From NCBI GenBank assembly GCA_045863195.1, contig BTUI01000003.1, forward strand, positions 68,201 to 132,200: a stretch of DNA of 64,000 bases, given 5' to 3'. Shown piece after piece: positions 1 to 9,244 of this stretch (positions within the stretch are counted from its first letter, which is position 1; every line of letters begins with the position of its first letter). The notes beneath the pieces were generated by a model. It had not been told where the DNA came from and made no database searches. It was given only the letters and a program-made list of their open reading frames with translations. The DNA comes from Chloroflexota bacterium (GTDB lineage: Bacteria; Chloroflexota; Dehalococcoidia; UBA2979). The translations under genes were made by a program, and so were the position numbers.

Positions 1-1022
1 CGATCGCGGCCGATGTCCACGGCAAGGACCACCACCGCACCGGCTCGTTCGGCGCGCACGTGGAGGCGCTGACGCTGCTGACACCGGACGGCGAGGCGCG
101 GACGCTCTCGCGCCACGCGGACGCCGAGGCGTTCCACGCCACGCTCGGCGGGATGGGGCTGACCGGCGTGGTCACCGAGGCGACGCTCCGCCTCGAGCGC
201 GTCGCGACGGCGTATGCACACACGACGATGGTGCGGACGCGTGACCTCGACTCGACGATGGCGGCGCTCGGCGAGGCGGATGCGCGGCACCGGTGGTCGG
301 TGGCCTGGGTCGACCTCGCGCGAGGCGGCGCGGCGTTCGCGCGGGGCGTGGTGGAGGCGGGCGACCCGGCGTCGCTGGAGGCGCTGCCGCCGCGCGCGCT
401 CGCCAGGCCGCTGCTCGCGCGTGGCCCGCGGCCGCTGCGCATGCCGCCGCTCCCCGTCTCCGCGGTCTCCACGCCGGCGGTGCGCGCGTTCAACGAGGCG
501 CGGTTCGCCCTCGCCGGGCGCGCGACGCCGGAGGCCGTGCGGCCGCTGGAGGCGTTCCTGTTCCCGCTCGACCGCCTCGCGGCATGGCCGCGGCTGTACG
601 GGCCGCGCGGGTTCATCCAGTACCAGTTCGTCCTGCCGTTCGGCGCGGAGCGGACGCTGCACGAGGTCGCCCGCCGGATCGCAGCCGGCCCGATGCCGGT
701 CGCGCTCGCCGTCCTCAAACGGCTCGGCGACGGTGACGGCGCGCCGATCGGGTTTCCGATGGCCGGATGGACGCTCGCGCTCGACCTCCCCGCCGTCCGT
801 GACCCAGGCCTCGCCGCCCTGCTCGACCGCTGCGACGACCTGGTCGCGGAGGCGGGCGGGCGCGTCTACCTCGCGAAAGATGCGAGGATGCGCGCAGAGG
901 TGGTACCGGCGATGTACCCGCGCCTCAGCGAGTGGCGCGCGGTGCGTGACCGGCTCGACCCGGAGCGGCGGATGACGTCCGACCTCGACCGGCGGCTCAA
1001 CCTCAGCGGGAGGCACGCGTGA
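1..1022 (+). CDS. dprE1: Decaprenylphosphoryl-beta-D-ribose oxidase (DprE1)-like FAD-linked oxidase, C-terminal part (5' end outside window)
   Basis: The frame stays open from the window edge. The translation IAADVHGKDHHRTGSFGAHVEALTLLTPDGE ... YLAKDARMRAEVVPAMYPRLSEWRAVRDRLDP matches conserved DprE1 C-terminal motifs. The stop overlaps the start of the next gene. Confidence 0.72.
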   Translation, partial: IAADVHGKDHHRTGSFGAHVEALTLLTPDGEARTLSRHADAEAFHATLGGMGLTGVVTEATLRLERVATAYAHTTMVRTRDLDSTMAALGEADARHRWSVAWVDLARGGAAFARGVVEAGDPASLEALPPRALARPLLARGPRPLRMPPLPVSAVSTPAVRAFNEARFALAGRATPEAVRPLEAFLFPLDRLAAWPRLYGPRGFIQYQFVLPFGAERTLHEVARRIAAGPMPVALAVLKRLGDGDGAPIGFPMAGWTLALDLPAVRDPGLAALLDRCDDLVAEAGGRVYLAKDARMRAEVVPAMYPRLSEWRAVRDRLDPERRMTSDLDRRLNLSGRHA

Positions 1023-1771
1023 CGGACGCGCTCGGACGGCCCCACGGCGTGCTGGTGCTCGGGGGCGGCTCCGAGATCGGGCTCGCGACGGCGCGCGCCC
1101 TCGTCGAGCGTGGGGCGACGCGCGTCTGGCTCGCCGGCCGTGACGAGGCCGCGATGCGCGAGGCGGCCGCCCTCCCCCCCGACGCCGAGGTGCGCACGCT
1201 CCGGTTCGATGCGCTCGACCCGGCCTCGCACGAGACGGCCGTGGCGGAGGCGTTTGCGGACGGCCCGGTGGATATCGTGGTGCTCGCGTTCGCCGTTCTC
1301 GGCGACCAGCACGCCTACGAGGCCGACCCGGCGGAGGCGGCGCGCACGGCGCAGGTGAACTTCACCGCCGCCGTCTCCGTGGGGATGGTCGCGGCGCGCG
1401 CGCTCGCCGCGCAGGGACATGGAGCGCTCGTCGTGCTCTCCTCGGTGGCGGCGCAGCGGCCACGGCGGTCGAATTATGTCTACGGCGCGACGAAGGCCGG
1501 GCTCGACTTCTTCGCGCGCGGCCTGGACGAGGCGCTGCGCGGCAGCGGCGCGGGGGTGCTCGTGGTCCGGCCGGGCTTCGTGCGCACGCGCATGACGCAC
1601 GGCCTGCGGCCGATGCCGCTGGCGACCACCCCGGACGCGGTCGCCGCCGATATCCTGAGGGCGCTCGACCGCGGCGCGCGGGTCGCGTGGTCGCCGCCCG
1701 CCGTCCGATGGCTGGCGCTGGCCCTGCGCCTGATGCCCGCCGCCCTGCTCCGCCGGCTGGACCGCCGGTAG
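1019..1771 (+). CDS. dprE2: DprE2-like short-chain dehydrogenase/reductase (decaprenylphospho-2-keto-ribose reductase family)
   Basis: 250 aa SDR. The N-terminus has the GGGSEIGLATARAL Rossmann motif. The gene overlaps the DprE1-like stop by 4 nt, indicating translational coupling, and the gene order matches the dprE1-dprE2 pair. Confidence 0.7.
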   Translation: MTDALGRPHGVLVLGGGSEIGLATARALVERGATRVWLAGRDEAAMREAAALPPDAEVRTLRFDALDPASHETAVAEAFADGPVDIVVLAFAVLGDQHAYEADPAEAARTAQVNFTAAVSVGMVAARALAAQGHGALVVLSSVAAQRPRRSNYVYGATKAGLDFFARGLDEALRGSGAGVLVVRPGFVRTRMTHGLRPMPLATTPDAVAADILRALDRGARVAWSPPAVRWLALALRLMPAALLRRLDRR

Positions 1772-1785
1772 CCCTCGGAGGCCGC

Positions 1786-2544
1786 TTGGACGCCATCGCC
1801 CGCCCGCTCGTCATCTCCCACCGCACCAACATGGGGACGATGCCGGAGAACACGCTCGCCGGCATCGACGCGGCGATCGAGGACGGCGTCGACGCGATCG
1901 AGATCGACGTGCACGCCACGCGTGACGGCGTCGCCGTGCTGCTGCACGATGCCGACCCCGCACGCGTCGCCGGCGACCCCCGGGACGCGACCACGCTGAC
2001 CCTCGATGAACTGCGCGAGGTGCGGCTGCTGGCGAAGCCGGACGGCGCGGAGCGCCAGCCGGTTCCCACGCTGGAGGAGGCGCTGGCGCGCGTGGCCGGG
2101 CGGGCGATCCTCGTGATCGAGATCAAGCAACGCGGCGTGGAGGGTGCGGTCGCGCAGGCGATCCGCGCCGCGAAGGCGGCCGAGTGGTGCTGGATCTGGT
2201 CGTTCGACCCGACCATCGGGCGGACGTGCCGGGCGCTGGTCCCGGAGGTGCCGTTCGGCCTGAACGTCGCCCCTGGCAGCCTGATCCGCCTCGGCGAGTC
2301 CGGAAACGCCATCGAGACGTGCGTGCGCGGCGGCTTCGCGGCGATCAGCCTGCACCACCCGCTCGTCAGCGCCGCCTCGGTGCGGGACGCGCACCGTCGA
2401 GGGCTGGCGGTCTACACGTGGACCGTCGACCGGGAGCCGGACATCGAGCGGGTGTGGCGGGCCGGCGTGGACGGGATTTGCGGCAACACGCCGCCCGTGA
2501 TTGACGCCGTGATCGGGCGGACGCCCGGTGAAACCTCCTGGTAG
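1786..2544 (+). CDS. Glycerophosphodiester phosphodiesterase (GDPD family)
   Basis: The ISHRTN...ENTLAGIDAAIEDGVDAIEIDVHATRDGVAVLLHD signature is present. The start is placed at an in-frame TTG just after the dprE2 stop; the ORF-track frame extends upstream as a shadow. Confidence 0.65.
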   Translation: MDAIARPLVISHRTNMGTMPENTLAGIDAAIEDGVDAIEIDVHATRDGVAVLLHDADPARVAGDPRDATTLTLDELREVRLLAKPDGAERQPVPTLEEALARVAGRAILVIEIKQRGVEGAVAQAIRAAKAAEWCWIWSFDPTIGRTCRALVPEVPFGLNVAPGSLIRLGESGNAIETCVRGGFAAISLHHPLVSAASVRDAHRRGLAVYTWTVDREPDIERVWRAGVDGICGNTPPVIDAVIGRTPGETSW

Positions 2545-2596
2545 CGGGTCACGCTTTCCCGTTCGGGAGAGCCGTTGCTACACTTGGGTTTCGCGT

Positions 2597-2672
2597 AGGA
2601 GTGTAGCTCAGTTGGTAGAGCAGCGGTCTCCAAAACCGCCGGCCGGGGGTTCGAGTCCCTCCACTCCTGCCA
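2597..2672 (+). tRNA. tRNA-Trp (anticodon CCA)
   Basis: 76 nt cloverleaf. Acceptor AGGAGTG/CACTCCT, anticodon stem GCGGT/ACCGC with loop CTCCAAA, T-loop TTCGAGT, and a 3' CCA is encoded. Confidence 0.9.
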
Positions 2673-2683
2673 CTCGATTGCGG

Positions 2684-2770
2684 GCCCAGGTGGCGGAATC
2701 GGCAGACGCGCTGTCTTGAGGGGGCAGTGTCCGTAAGGGCGTATGAGTTCAAGTCTCATCCTGGGCACCA
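2684..2770 (+). tRNA. tRNA-Leu (anticodon GAG), type II with long variable arm
   Basis: 87 nt. Acceptor GCCCAGG/CCTGGGC, anticodon stem CTGTC/GGCAG with loop TTGAGGG, T-loop TTCAAGT and a long variable arm. It closely resembles E. coli tRNA-Leu(GAG). Confidence 0.88.
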
Positions 2771-2795
2771 TCAATCAGAGTCGTTCGAGGTCCGT

Positions 2796-2870
2796 GCGGA
2801 AGTAGCTCAGTGGCAGAGCGCCTCCTTGCCAAGGAGGAGGTCGCGAGTTCGACCCTCGTCTTCCGCTCCA
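2796..2870 (+). tRNA. tRNA-Gly (anticodon GCC)
   Basis: 75 nt. Acceptor GCGGAAG/CTTCCGC, anticodon stem CCTCC/GGAGG with loop TTGCCAA, T-loop TTCGACC, and CCA is encoded. Confidence 0.9.
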
Positions 2871-2882
2871 TGATCTGTCCGG

Positions 2883-2956
2883 GGCCACGTAGCCAAGCGG
2901 CAAGGCAGAGGTCTGCAAAACCTCGATCACGGGTTCGATTCCCGTCGTGGCCTCCA
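2883..2956 (+). tRNA. tRNA-Cys (anticodon GCA)
   Basis: 74 nt. Acceptor GGCCACG/CGTGGCC, anticodon stem GAGGT/ACCTC with loop CTGCAAA, T-loop TTCGATT, and CCA is encoded. Confidence 0.88.
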
Positions 2957-2965
2957 GCACACACG

Positions 2966-2991
2966 AACGGCGACGCCTACGCGTCGCCGTT
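2966..2991. terminator. Perfect 11-bp GC-rich hairpin (AACGGCGACGC-ctac-GCGTCGCCGTT), likely a bidirectional terminator
   Basis: It lies between the tRNA array on the plus strand and the convergent aldo/keto reductase, whose stop is at 3021. A CTGCTTCC tract follows it. Confidence 0.55.
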
Positions 2992-3020
2992 CTGCTTCCC
3001 GCCCCGGCCGAGGCAGCCCG

Positions 3021-3848
3021 TCAGTCCGCGTAGAACCGCGCCGCTTCCGCCTCCATCGCGCGACGCGTCGCCTCGTCCATCGGCTCGCCGGCGAGCGCCG
3101 TCGCCACGTTCTCCCGCACGCGCGAGGGGTGGCGTGCGCCAGGGATGGCAACGGAGACGCCCGGGCGCGCGAGCACGTAGCGGAGCAGGTTCGGCGGCGT
3201 CAGTAGCCCGTCGTACCCCTCCGCGATGCGGCCGCGCATGATGCTCGTGCGGCCCGATCCGCCGACCGGGCGCATCACGATCACGCCCACGTCCAGCGAC
3301 GCGGCGAGGTCGATGAGCGGCGCGGTCTCCGGGAAGAAGGCGGAGTACTCCAGCATCACCGTGTCGAACGCGCCGCTCTCGATGATCTCGCGCGCCAGCA
3401 CGGTGTGGTGGGTGGAGACGCCGATGTGCTGGATCAGGCCGCGGTACTGCGCGATCTGCAGGCCCTCCAGCGCGCCGTCCGGCGCCATCACCTCCGCCCA
3501 CGCCTCCGGCGTGGAGATGTCGTGCAACTGGTAGAGGCCGATGCGTTCCACGCCGAGGATGCTGAGCGACCGGTCCACGTCGCGCTGCGCACCGTCCGCG
3601 GTGTGACGGAAGGTCTTGCTGGCGAGCACAGCGTCCGTGCCGCCGCGCTCGCGGATCACCTGGCCCAGGAGGAACTCGGAGCCCTCGTACTCGCGGGCGG
3701 TGTCGATGAAGGTGATGCCGGCGTCCAGCGCCGCCTCCACCGTGGCAACGGCCTCCGGCGAGTGGGGCGTGTCCATCGCGCCCAGCCCCACCTCCGTCAC
3801 CATTAGCCCGGTCCGCCCGAGGCGTCTCGTCCGCAGTGCCGCCACCAT
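3021..3848 (-). CDS. Aldo/keto reductase family oxidoreductase
   Basis: 275 aa. The sequence carries AKR fold signatures ([32 protein letters not shown]). Confidence 0.8.
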   Translation of the reverse strand: MVAALRTRRLGRTGLMVTEVGLGAMDTPHSPEAVATVEAALDAGITFIDTAREYEGSEFLLGQVIRERGGTDAVLASKTFRHTADGAQRDVDRSLSILGVERIGLYQLHDISTPEAWAEVMAPDGALEGLQIAQYRGLIQHIGVSTHHTVLAREIIESGAFDTVMLEYSAFFPETAPLIDLAASLDVGVIVMRPVGGSGRTSIMRGRIAEGYDGLLTPPNLLRYVLARPGVSVAIPGARHPSRVRENVATALAGEPMDEATRRAMEAEAARFYAD

Positions 3849-3898
3849 CGCCTCCCGCCCGTGCCCGCTCAGGCTATCGGGAATGCTACGGTGCGCGC

Positions 3899-4756
3899 AT
3901 GTCCTTCAAACGTGGCGCCCGCCTCGATCCATCCCAGGTGCGTGACATCCGAGGCAAGCGCGGCGCCGGCCTGGCCGTGGGCGGCGGCCTCGGCAGCATC
4001 GTGCTCGTCGTCCTCGTGCTGCTGATGGGCGGCGACCCGCAGCAACTCCCGCTCGATGCCCTCGGCGGCGCTGGCGGGAGCCAGAGCAGCGTCCCCGCCG
4101 CGAACCTCGCCGAGGAGTGCCAGACCGGCGCGGACGCGAACGAGCGCGAGGACTGCCGCATCGTCGGCTACGTGAACAGCGTGCAGGCCTACTGGAGCGA
4201 AGCGTTCGAGGGCTACCGCCCGGCGGTCACCACGCTCTTCACCGGCTCCGTCTCCACCGCCTGCGGCAACGCCACCAGCGCCGTGGGCCCGTTCTACTGT
4301 CCCGCCGACGAAACGATCTACATCGACCTCGGGTTCTTCGAGGTGCTGACCACGCGCTTCGGCGCGGAGGGCGGGCCGTTCGCGCAGGCGTACGTGGTGG
4401 CGCACGAGTACGGGCACCACGTCCAGCACCTGGAGGGCGCGCTACGCGGCAGCCGCGACTCCGGCGCGGAGAGCGAGGCGGTGCGCGTGGAGTTGCAGGC
4501 GGACTGCTACGCCGGCGTGTGGGCGGCCAACGCGGTGGCCACCGGCTTCCTCGAACCGCTCACCCGCGAGCAGATCGCGCAGGCGCTGGACGCCGCCGCG
4601 GCGGTGGGCGACGACCGCATCCAGGAACGCATCGAGGGGCGCGTGACGCCCGAGTCCTGGACGCACGGCTCGTCGGAGCAGCGGCAGCGCTGGTTCACCA
4701 CCGGCCTGGAGCGCGCCACCCCGGCCGCGTGCGACACGTTCAACGGCGACCTCTAG
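3899..4756 (+). CDS. ypfJ: YpfJ-family neutral zinc metallopeptidase (putative, membrane-anchored)
   Basis: An N-terminal TM helix is followed by a HEXXH motif ([11 protein letters not shown]) and a conserved [15 protein letters not shown] block. The ATG is at 3899, after a divergent 50-nt spacer. Confidence 0.72.
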   Translation: MSFKRGARLDPSQVRDIRGKRGAGLAVGGGLGSIVLVVLVLLMGGDPQQLPLDALGGAGGSQSSVPAANLAEECQTGADANEREDCRIVGYVNSVQAYWSEAFEGYRPAVTTLFTGSVSTACGNATSAVGPFYCPADETIYIDLGFFEVLTTRFGAEGGPFAQAYVVAHEYGHHVQHLEGALRGSRDSGAESEAVRVELQADCYAGVWAANAVATGFLEPLTREQIAQALDAAAAVGDDRIQERIEGRVTPESWTHGSSEQRQRWFTTGLERATPAACDTFNGDL

Positions 4757-4782
4757 CCGGCGCGACGGACGGAGCGCCCCAC

Positions 4783-5331
4783 ATGACGACCTCGTGGCCC
4801 TCAATCTGGCGCGCGGCGCTGCTCGGCATCCTCCTCCTCGCGCCCGCGTGCAGCAGTAGCGACGGCGACGACGCCACGCCCGAGGCGTTCGCGGACCCGT
4901 TCGCCTACTGCGCCGCCGTCCGGGACATCGACGCGCCGGACACGCGCTACACCGGCGACCCGCTCCCGCCCGTGATCATCGAGGGCATCCGCACCGCCAC
5001 CGGGGCGTCCGCCGACGCGCCGCTCGAGTTCTTCGAGCGCGGTACGTCCTGGCGCTGCATGGACGGCGCGGTCTACGCCTGCACCGTGGGTGCGAACCTG
5101 CCGTGCGAGGCGAAGGCGGACACGAGCGACACGCCCTCAGCGGCGATGGCGGCGTTCTGCGCCGAGAACGCCGGTGCCGAGGTCATCCCGGCCGCCGTCA
5201 CCGGCCGCGAGACCGTCTACGCCTGGCGCTGCGAGGGCGAGACGCCCTCGATCGAGCGCCAGGTCATGCAGGTGGACGCGCGCGGTTTCCTCGCGGACAT
5301 CTGGTACCGCCTCGACGCGCCGGGGAGATGA
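4783..5331 (+). CDS. Cys-rich hypothetical lipoprotein
   Basis: A signal peptide carries the lipobox LLAPAC. The mature part has about six Cys residues and is low-complexity and acidic at its N-terminus. Confidence 0.45.
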   Translation: MTTSWPSIWRAALLGILLLAPACSSSDGDDATPEAFADPFAYCAAVRDIDAPDTRYTGDPLPPVIIEGIRTATGASADAPLEFFERGTSWRCMDGAVYACTVGANLPCEAKADTSDTPSAAMAAFCAENAGAEVIPAAVTGRETVYAWRCEGETPSIERQVMQVDARGFLADIWYRLDAPGR

Positions 5332-5352
5332 GCGAACGCGTTCCCTTGCTGT

Positions 5353-5436
5353 TGGTACCGGGGGTGGGGGTCGAACCCACACGCCTTGCGGCCGCGGGGT
5401 TTAAGCCCGCTGCGTCTGCCATTTCGCCACCCCGGC
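5353..5436 (-). tRNA. tRNA-Leu (anticodon TAA), type II
   Basis: The reverse complement reads GCCGGGGTGGCGAAATGGCAGACGCAGCGGGCTTAAACCCCGCGGCCGCAAGGCGTGTGGGTTCGACCCCCACCCCCGGTACCA. Anticodon stem GCGGG/CCCGC with loop CTTAAAC, a long variable arm, and CCA is encoded. Confidence 0.85.
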
Positions 5437-5492
5437 ACGAACGCGCTCCTGCCCGATTCTACCGGTAGGATCGAGGGTGGGAGGTACGCACG

Positions 5493-6119
5493 ATGACCGG
5501 ACGCGCACACTGGGATGCGACCTACACACGGTCGCCGCTGGACCGCCTCGGCTGGTACGAGGCGTCACCGGCGGTGTCGCTGGAGATGGTGGAACGCACG
5601 GGCGTGTCCCCTGACGACCTGGTGATCGATGTCGAGAGCGGCGCCTCCACGTTCATCGCGGCGCTCACCGACCTCGGGTTCCGGCGTCTCGCCGCGGTCG
5701 ACATCAGCGCCGTCGCGCTCGACCACCTCCGCGCGATGCTCGGCGACCGCGCGGAAGCCGTCACGTTCGTCGAGGGCGACGTGAGCCGCCCGGAGACGTT
5801 CGCCGGCCTGACGGGCGCAGCGCTCTGGCATGACCGCGCCGCCCTGCACTTCCTCACCGACCCCGCGGACCGCACCGGCTACGCCCAGGCGGTCCGCGCG
5901 ACGGTGCGTCCCGGCGGCTGGGTGATGCTCGCCGCGTTCGCCATTGGCGGCGCGACCGAGTGCAGCAACCTGCCGGTGGTGAACTACGACGCCTCGATGT
6001 TCTCGGCGCTCCTCGGCGAGGGGTTCGACCTGGTGGAGGCGCGCGACCACCTGTACATCAACCCCGGCGGCGGCGAGCGGCCGTACGTCTATGCGCTGTT
6101 CCGGCGCTCCGGCGGCTGA
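5493..6119 (+). CDS. Class I SAM-dependent methyltransferase
   Basis: 208 aa with SAM-binding motif I (VIDVESGAS) and overall TehB/TPMT-like organization. Confidence 0.65.
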   Translation: MTGRAHWDATYTRSPLDRLGWYEASPAVSLEMVERTGVSPDDLVIDVESGASTFIAALTDLGFRRLAAVDISAVALDHLRAMLGDRAEAVTFVEGDVSRPETFAGLTGAALWHDRAALHFLTDPADRTGYAQAVRATVRPGGWVMLAAFAIGGATECSNLPVVNYDASMFSALLGEGFDLVEARDHLYINPGGGERPYVYALFRRSGG

Positions 6120-6144
6120 GGCGCCGCGCCCGTAGACTGACCTC

Positions 6145-6753
6145 ATGCTGTTCTCCGTGCGCTTCCACGAGCCGATCCGTCGCGGCGAGATCACCGTCAC
6201 CCTGCGTCGCTGGAAGCGGCCGCAGGCCGCGGCCGGCGGGCGCACGCGCCTGCACACGGGCGGGGTGATCGAGGCCACCGCCGTGGAGGTGGTGACGCCC
6301 GAGGACGTGACGCCCGCGGACGCCTGGCGCGCCGGCTTCGACTCCCCGGCGGAGGCGCTCGCCGGCCTCGACCGGTTCGAGGGCGACCTGTACCGCGTGA
6401 CCTTCCGCTACCTGGGCGACCTGTCGGACGAACGCGCGCTGCTCGCCGCCGACGACGACCTGGACGTGGCGACCTCCGAGGAGATCCTGGCGCGGCTGGC
6501 GAAGATGGACGGCGGCGGGCGCGGCGCGTGGACGCTGGACGTGCTGCGCCTGATCGGCGCGAACGAAGGCGTGCGCGCACCCGACCTCGCCGCGCGCGTG
6601 GGGCGCGAGGTGGTGCGCTTCAAGGCGGACGTCCGCCGCCTGAAGGCGCTCGGCCTGACCGAGAGTCTGGAGGTCGGCTACCGCCTCAGCCCTCGCGGGC
6701 GGGCGCTGCTGCGCGCCATCGACGCGCGCGCGACGACCTCGGCCGAGGCGTAG
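6145..6753 (+). CDS. ASCH-domain protein with C-terminal winged-helix-like region
   Basis: The N-terminus (FSVRFHEPIRRGEITVTLRR) matches the ASCH/PUA-like pattern. The C-terminal 70 aa look helix-turn-helix-like. Confidence 0.45.
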   Translation: MLFSVRFHEPIRRGEITVTLRRWKRPQAAAGGRTRLHTGGVIEATAVEVVTPEDVTPADAWRAGFDSPAEALAGLDRFEGDLYRVTFRYLGDLSDERALLAADDDLDVATSEEILARLAKMDGGGRGAWTLDVLRLIGANEGVRAPDLAARVGREVVRFKADVRRLKALGLTESLEVGYRLSPRGRALLRAIDARATTSAEA

Positions 6754-6757
6754 CGAG

Positions 6758-7363
6758 ATGGCGACGCCGGAGCGGGAGGCGCGGCTGCGCCAGGTGCTGG
6801 AGCGCCGCCAGTTCGACCTGCAGGTCGGCATCGACCACGTCCACGACCCGCACAACGCCGCCGCGATCCTGCGCTCCGCGGACGGCTTCGGGCTGCACAC
6901 CGTGAACCTGCTCTACCAGCGGGAGACGTTCCCGGAGATCTCCAACCCGGTCTCGGCGTTCACGAAGAAGTGGCTGGAGATCCGCCGCTTCGAGGACGCC
7001 CCGTCGCTCGTCGAAACGCTGCACGCGGGCGGGATGCGCGTGTACGCGACGAACCTGGCCGGCGACGCGCTCGACTTCCGCGAGGTGGACTGGACGCAGC
7101 CCTCCGCGGTGGTGTTCGGGAACGAGCACCGCGGGTGCACGCCCGAGGTGATCGAGGCGGCGGACGCGAACGTGGTCATCCCCATGCAGGGCTTCGCGCA
7201 GTCGTTCAACGTCTCCGTCTCCGCCGCCGTGATCCTCGCGGAGGCCTACCGGCAGCGCGCGGCGGCGGGGATGTTCGAGCCGCGCTGGGACGACCACCGC
7301 GAGGCGATCCTGCAGGACTGGCTTCGTCGCGACCTGTACCGCGGCCACCCGCAGCAGGCATAG
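6758..7363 (+). CDS. SpoU/TrmH-family RNA 2'-O-methyltransferase
   Basis: The motifs AAAILRSADGFGL, VVFGNEHRGCTPEV and NVSVSAAVIL are typical of the SPOUT (TrmH) class. Confidence 0.75.
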   Translation: MATPEREARLRQVLERRQFDLQVGIDHVHDPHNAAAILRSADGFGLHTVNLLYQRETFPEISNPVSAFTKKWLEIRRFEDAPSLVETLHAGGMRVYATNLAGDALDFREVDWTQPSAVVFGNEHRGCTPEVIEAADANVVIPMQGFAQSFNVSVSAAVILAEAYRQRAAAGMFEPRWDDHREAILQDWLRRDLYRGHPQQA

Positions 7364-7382
7364 CCCTCGGACGCCCGCGCCG

Positions 7383-8846
7383 CTAGTAGGTCGGGCGGCC
7401 GAGCAGCTGGTCCACGGGGGCGAAGTCGTCACGGAGGACGCGCGCATCGCCGGCGAAGGCGCGGGCCGCCTCGCCACCCCACACCACGTCCAGGTCGCCG
7501 CGCGCGTCCGCCAGCGCCTGCAGCCGCTCGACATCGATCGGTGCGTCCGACCCGACGAGGACGAAGTTCCCGCCGAGGTCGCCCTGCAGGTAGCGCGCGG
7601 GCGCCATCACGGCGACGTGCGCGAACACGTCGAGGAACGTCGCAGCCTCGGCGCGGACGAAGCCCTGCGGCGGGTAGTCGATCACGTTCGCCACGTAGAT
7701 GCCGCCGGGGGCGAGCACGCGCTGCACCTCGCCGAGGAACTCGCGCGTGGTGAGGTGCCACGGCACGCTCAGCCCGCCGAAGGCGTCCCCCACCAGCACG
7801 TCGAACGCGCCCGCCGGCTCCTCCGGCAGCGCCAGCCGCCCGTCACCCACACGCACGCGCAGCACCTCGGACTCCTCGACGCCGAACTCGCGCCGCACGA
7901 GGTCCACGAGCGCGCCGTCGATCTCGAACACCGTGGCCGTGGAGCCGGGGCGCGTGGCGAGCAGGTAGGTCGGCAGCGTGAACGCGCCCCCGCCGAGGAA
8001 CCCGGCGGAGATCGCGCCCTCCGGCGCCAGCGCGATCACGTCCGCGATGCCGCGCGTGTAGCGGAAGTAGAGGTAGGTCGGGTCGTCCGCGTCCACGTAC
8101 GAGTGGCGCAGCGTGTCCAGCCAGAGGATGCGTCCGCCCTCGTTCGTCGGGTCGGGCTCGATGCTGGCGCAGAAGTAGGTGGTCTGCCACTGGCACGGCC
8201 CGGGCGCGGCGGCGAGGTTGGCGCCGGCGAAGAGCGCGAGCGCGACCACGCCGAGGCGACGCCCGCGCGTCATGTTCGCGCCGCCGAGGGCCACGCCCCA
8301 CAGCACCAGCAGCACGCCGACGCCGATCACGATCGGCCTCGTGGGGAACGCGGCGACGAAGATGAAGCCGGTGACGAACGTGCCCCAGAGCGCGCCCCAG
8401 GTGCTGACCGCGGAGAGCGAGCCGACGACCTTGCCGGTCTCGTCCAACGACTGCAGCCGCAACTTCACGACCAGCGGCGGGATCGCGGAGAGGAAGAACG
8501 AGGGCAGGAAGAACGCCGCCGTGGTGAGCGCCACGATCTCCAGCGGCCCCGCCGCGCGCATCGAGGGGCCCAGGCCGTCCACCACCGTGGGGATCGCGAG
8601 CGCGAGCACGCCCGAGACGACGAGGGCCGGCGAGAGCAGCCGGTGGGGGTCGCTCGTGCGATCCGCGGTGCGCCCACCGAACCACGACCCGGAGGCGATG
8701 CCGGCGAGGACGACGCCGATGATGCCGGTGAACGTCTCCAGCGAGACGCCGACGTACGGCGCCATCAGTCGCCCCGCGAGGATCTCGAGGACGAGCACGG
8801 CCGCGGAGGAGCCGAAGACGAGCAGGCGCGCCATGAACAGGGACAT
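7383..8846 (-). CDS. Membrane-embedded spermidine-synthase-like protein (multi-TM N-domain fused to an aminopropyltransferase-fold domain)
   Basis: There are about seven N-terminal TM helices. The C-terminal domain carries GGGAFTLP...VFEIDGALV...GDAF motifs of the spermidine synthase fold. The start is placed at MSLFMARLL; an upstream in-frame ATG at 8972 is possible. Confidence 0.6.
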   Translation of the reverse strand: MSLFMARLLVFGSSAAVLVLEILAGRLMAPYVGVSLETFTGIIGVVLAGIASGSWFGGRTADRTSDPHRLLSPALVVSGVLALAIPTVVDGLGPSMRAAGPLEIVALTTAAFFLPSFFLSAIPPLVVKLRLQSLDETGKVVGSLSAVSTWGALWGTFVTGFIFVAAFPTRPIVIGVGVLLVLWGVALGGANMTRGRRLGVVALALFAGANLAAAPGPCQWQTTYFCASIEPDPTNEGGRILWLDTLRHSYVDADDPTYLYFRYTRGIADVIALAPEGAISAGFLGGGAFTLPTYLLATRPGSTATVFEIDGALVDLVRREFGVEESEVLRVRVGDGRLALPEEPAGAFDVLVGDAFGGLSVPWHLTTREFLGEVQRVLAPGGIYVANVIDYPPQGFVRAEAATFLDVFAHVAVMAPARYLQGDLGGNFVLVGSDAPIDVERLQALADARGDLDVVWGGEAARAFAGDARVLRDDFAPVDQLLGRPTY

Positions 8847-9244
8847 CGCCCGCCAGTGTCCCACGCCACCGCCTCCGGCGGCGCGGCCGCGCCGAGGGGT
8901 GCCCTCGATCCCTATGGCGATCCGATATAGTCGAGGGGCAGGAGGGCACCCCCATGAGCCAGGCGCTGCCACGCCCCAACCTCGGCCCCACCGCGGCGCC
9001 TCGGACGGCGCAGCCCTCGCTGGGCTTCCTGCGCCGGCGCTGGCGCGCCGCCACGCGGCTGTTCAACCGCCTCAACGGCATCACCCCGGCAGAGGTCTAC
9101 CGGGAAGACATCGACGAACTGCTGCGCCCCACCTTCACCTGAGACGACGAATATCTGGCCGTGAGCCGGATCTACGAACTCTCCACCATCGGCCGCGGCG
9201 TCAAATGGGATCGCCTGTAGGGGGGCATAGGGACAGGGGACACA

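Noticed and set aside
7617-8930. 437-aa ORF on the plus strand, antisense to the spermidine-synthase-like gene
   Set aside because: Arg/Glu/Asp-rich shadow-frame composition with no motifs.
8954-9142. 62-aa ORF (MSQALPRPNLGPTAAPRTAQ ... ITPAEVYREDIDELLRPTFT)
   Set aside because: It partly overlaps the alternative upstream start region of the minus-strand gene and has no ribosome-binding site or recognizable motif. Kept only as a remote possibility.
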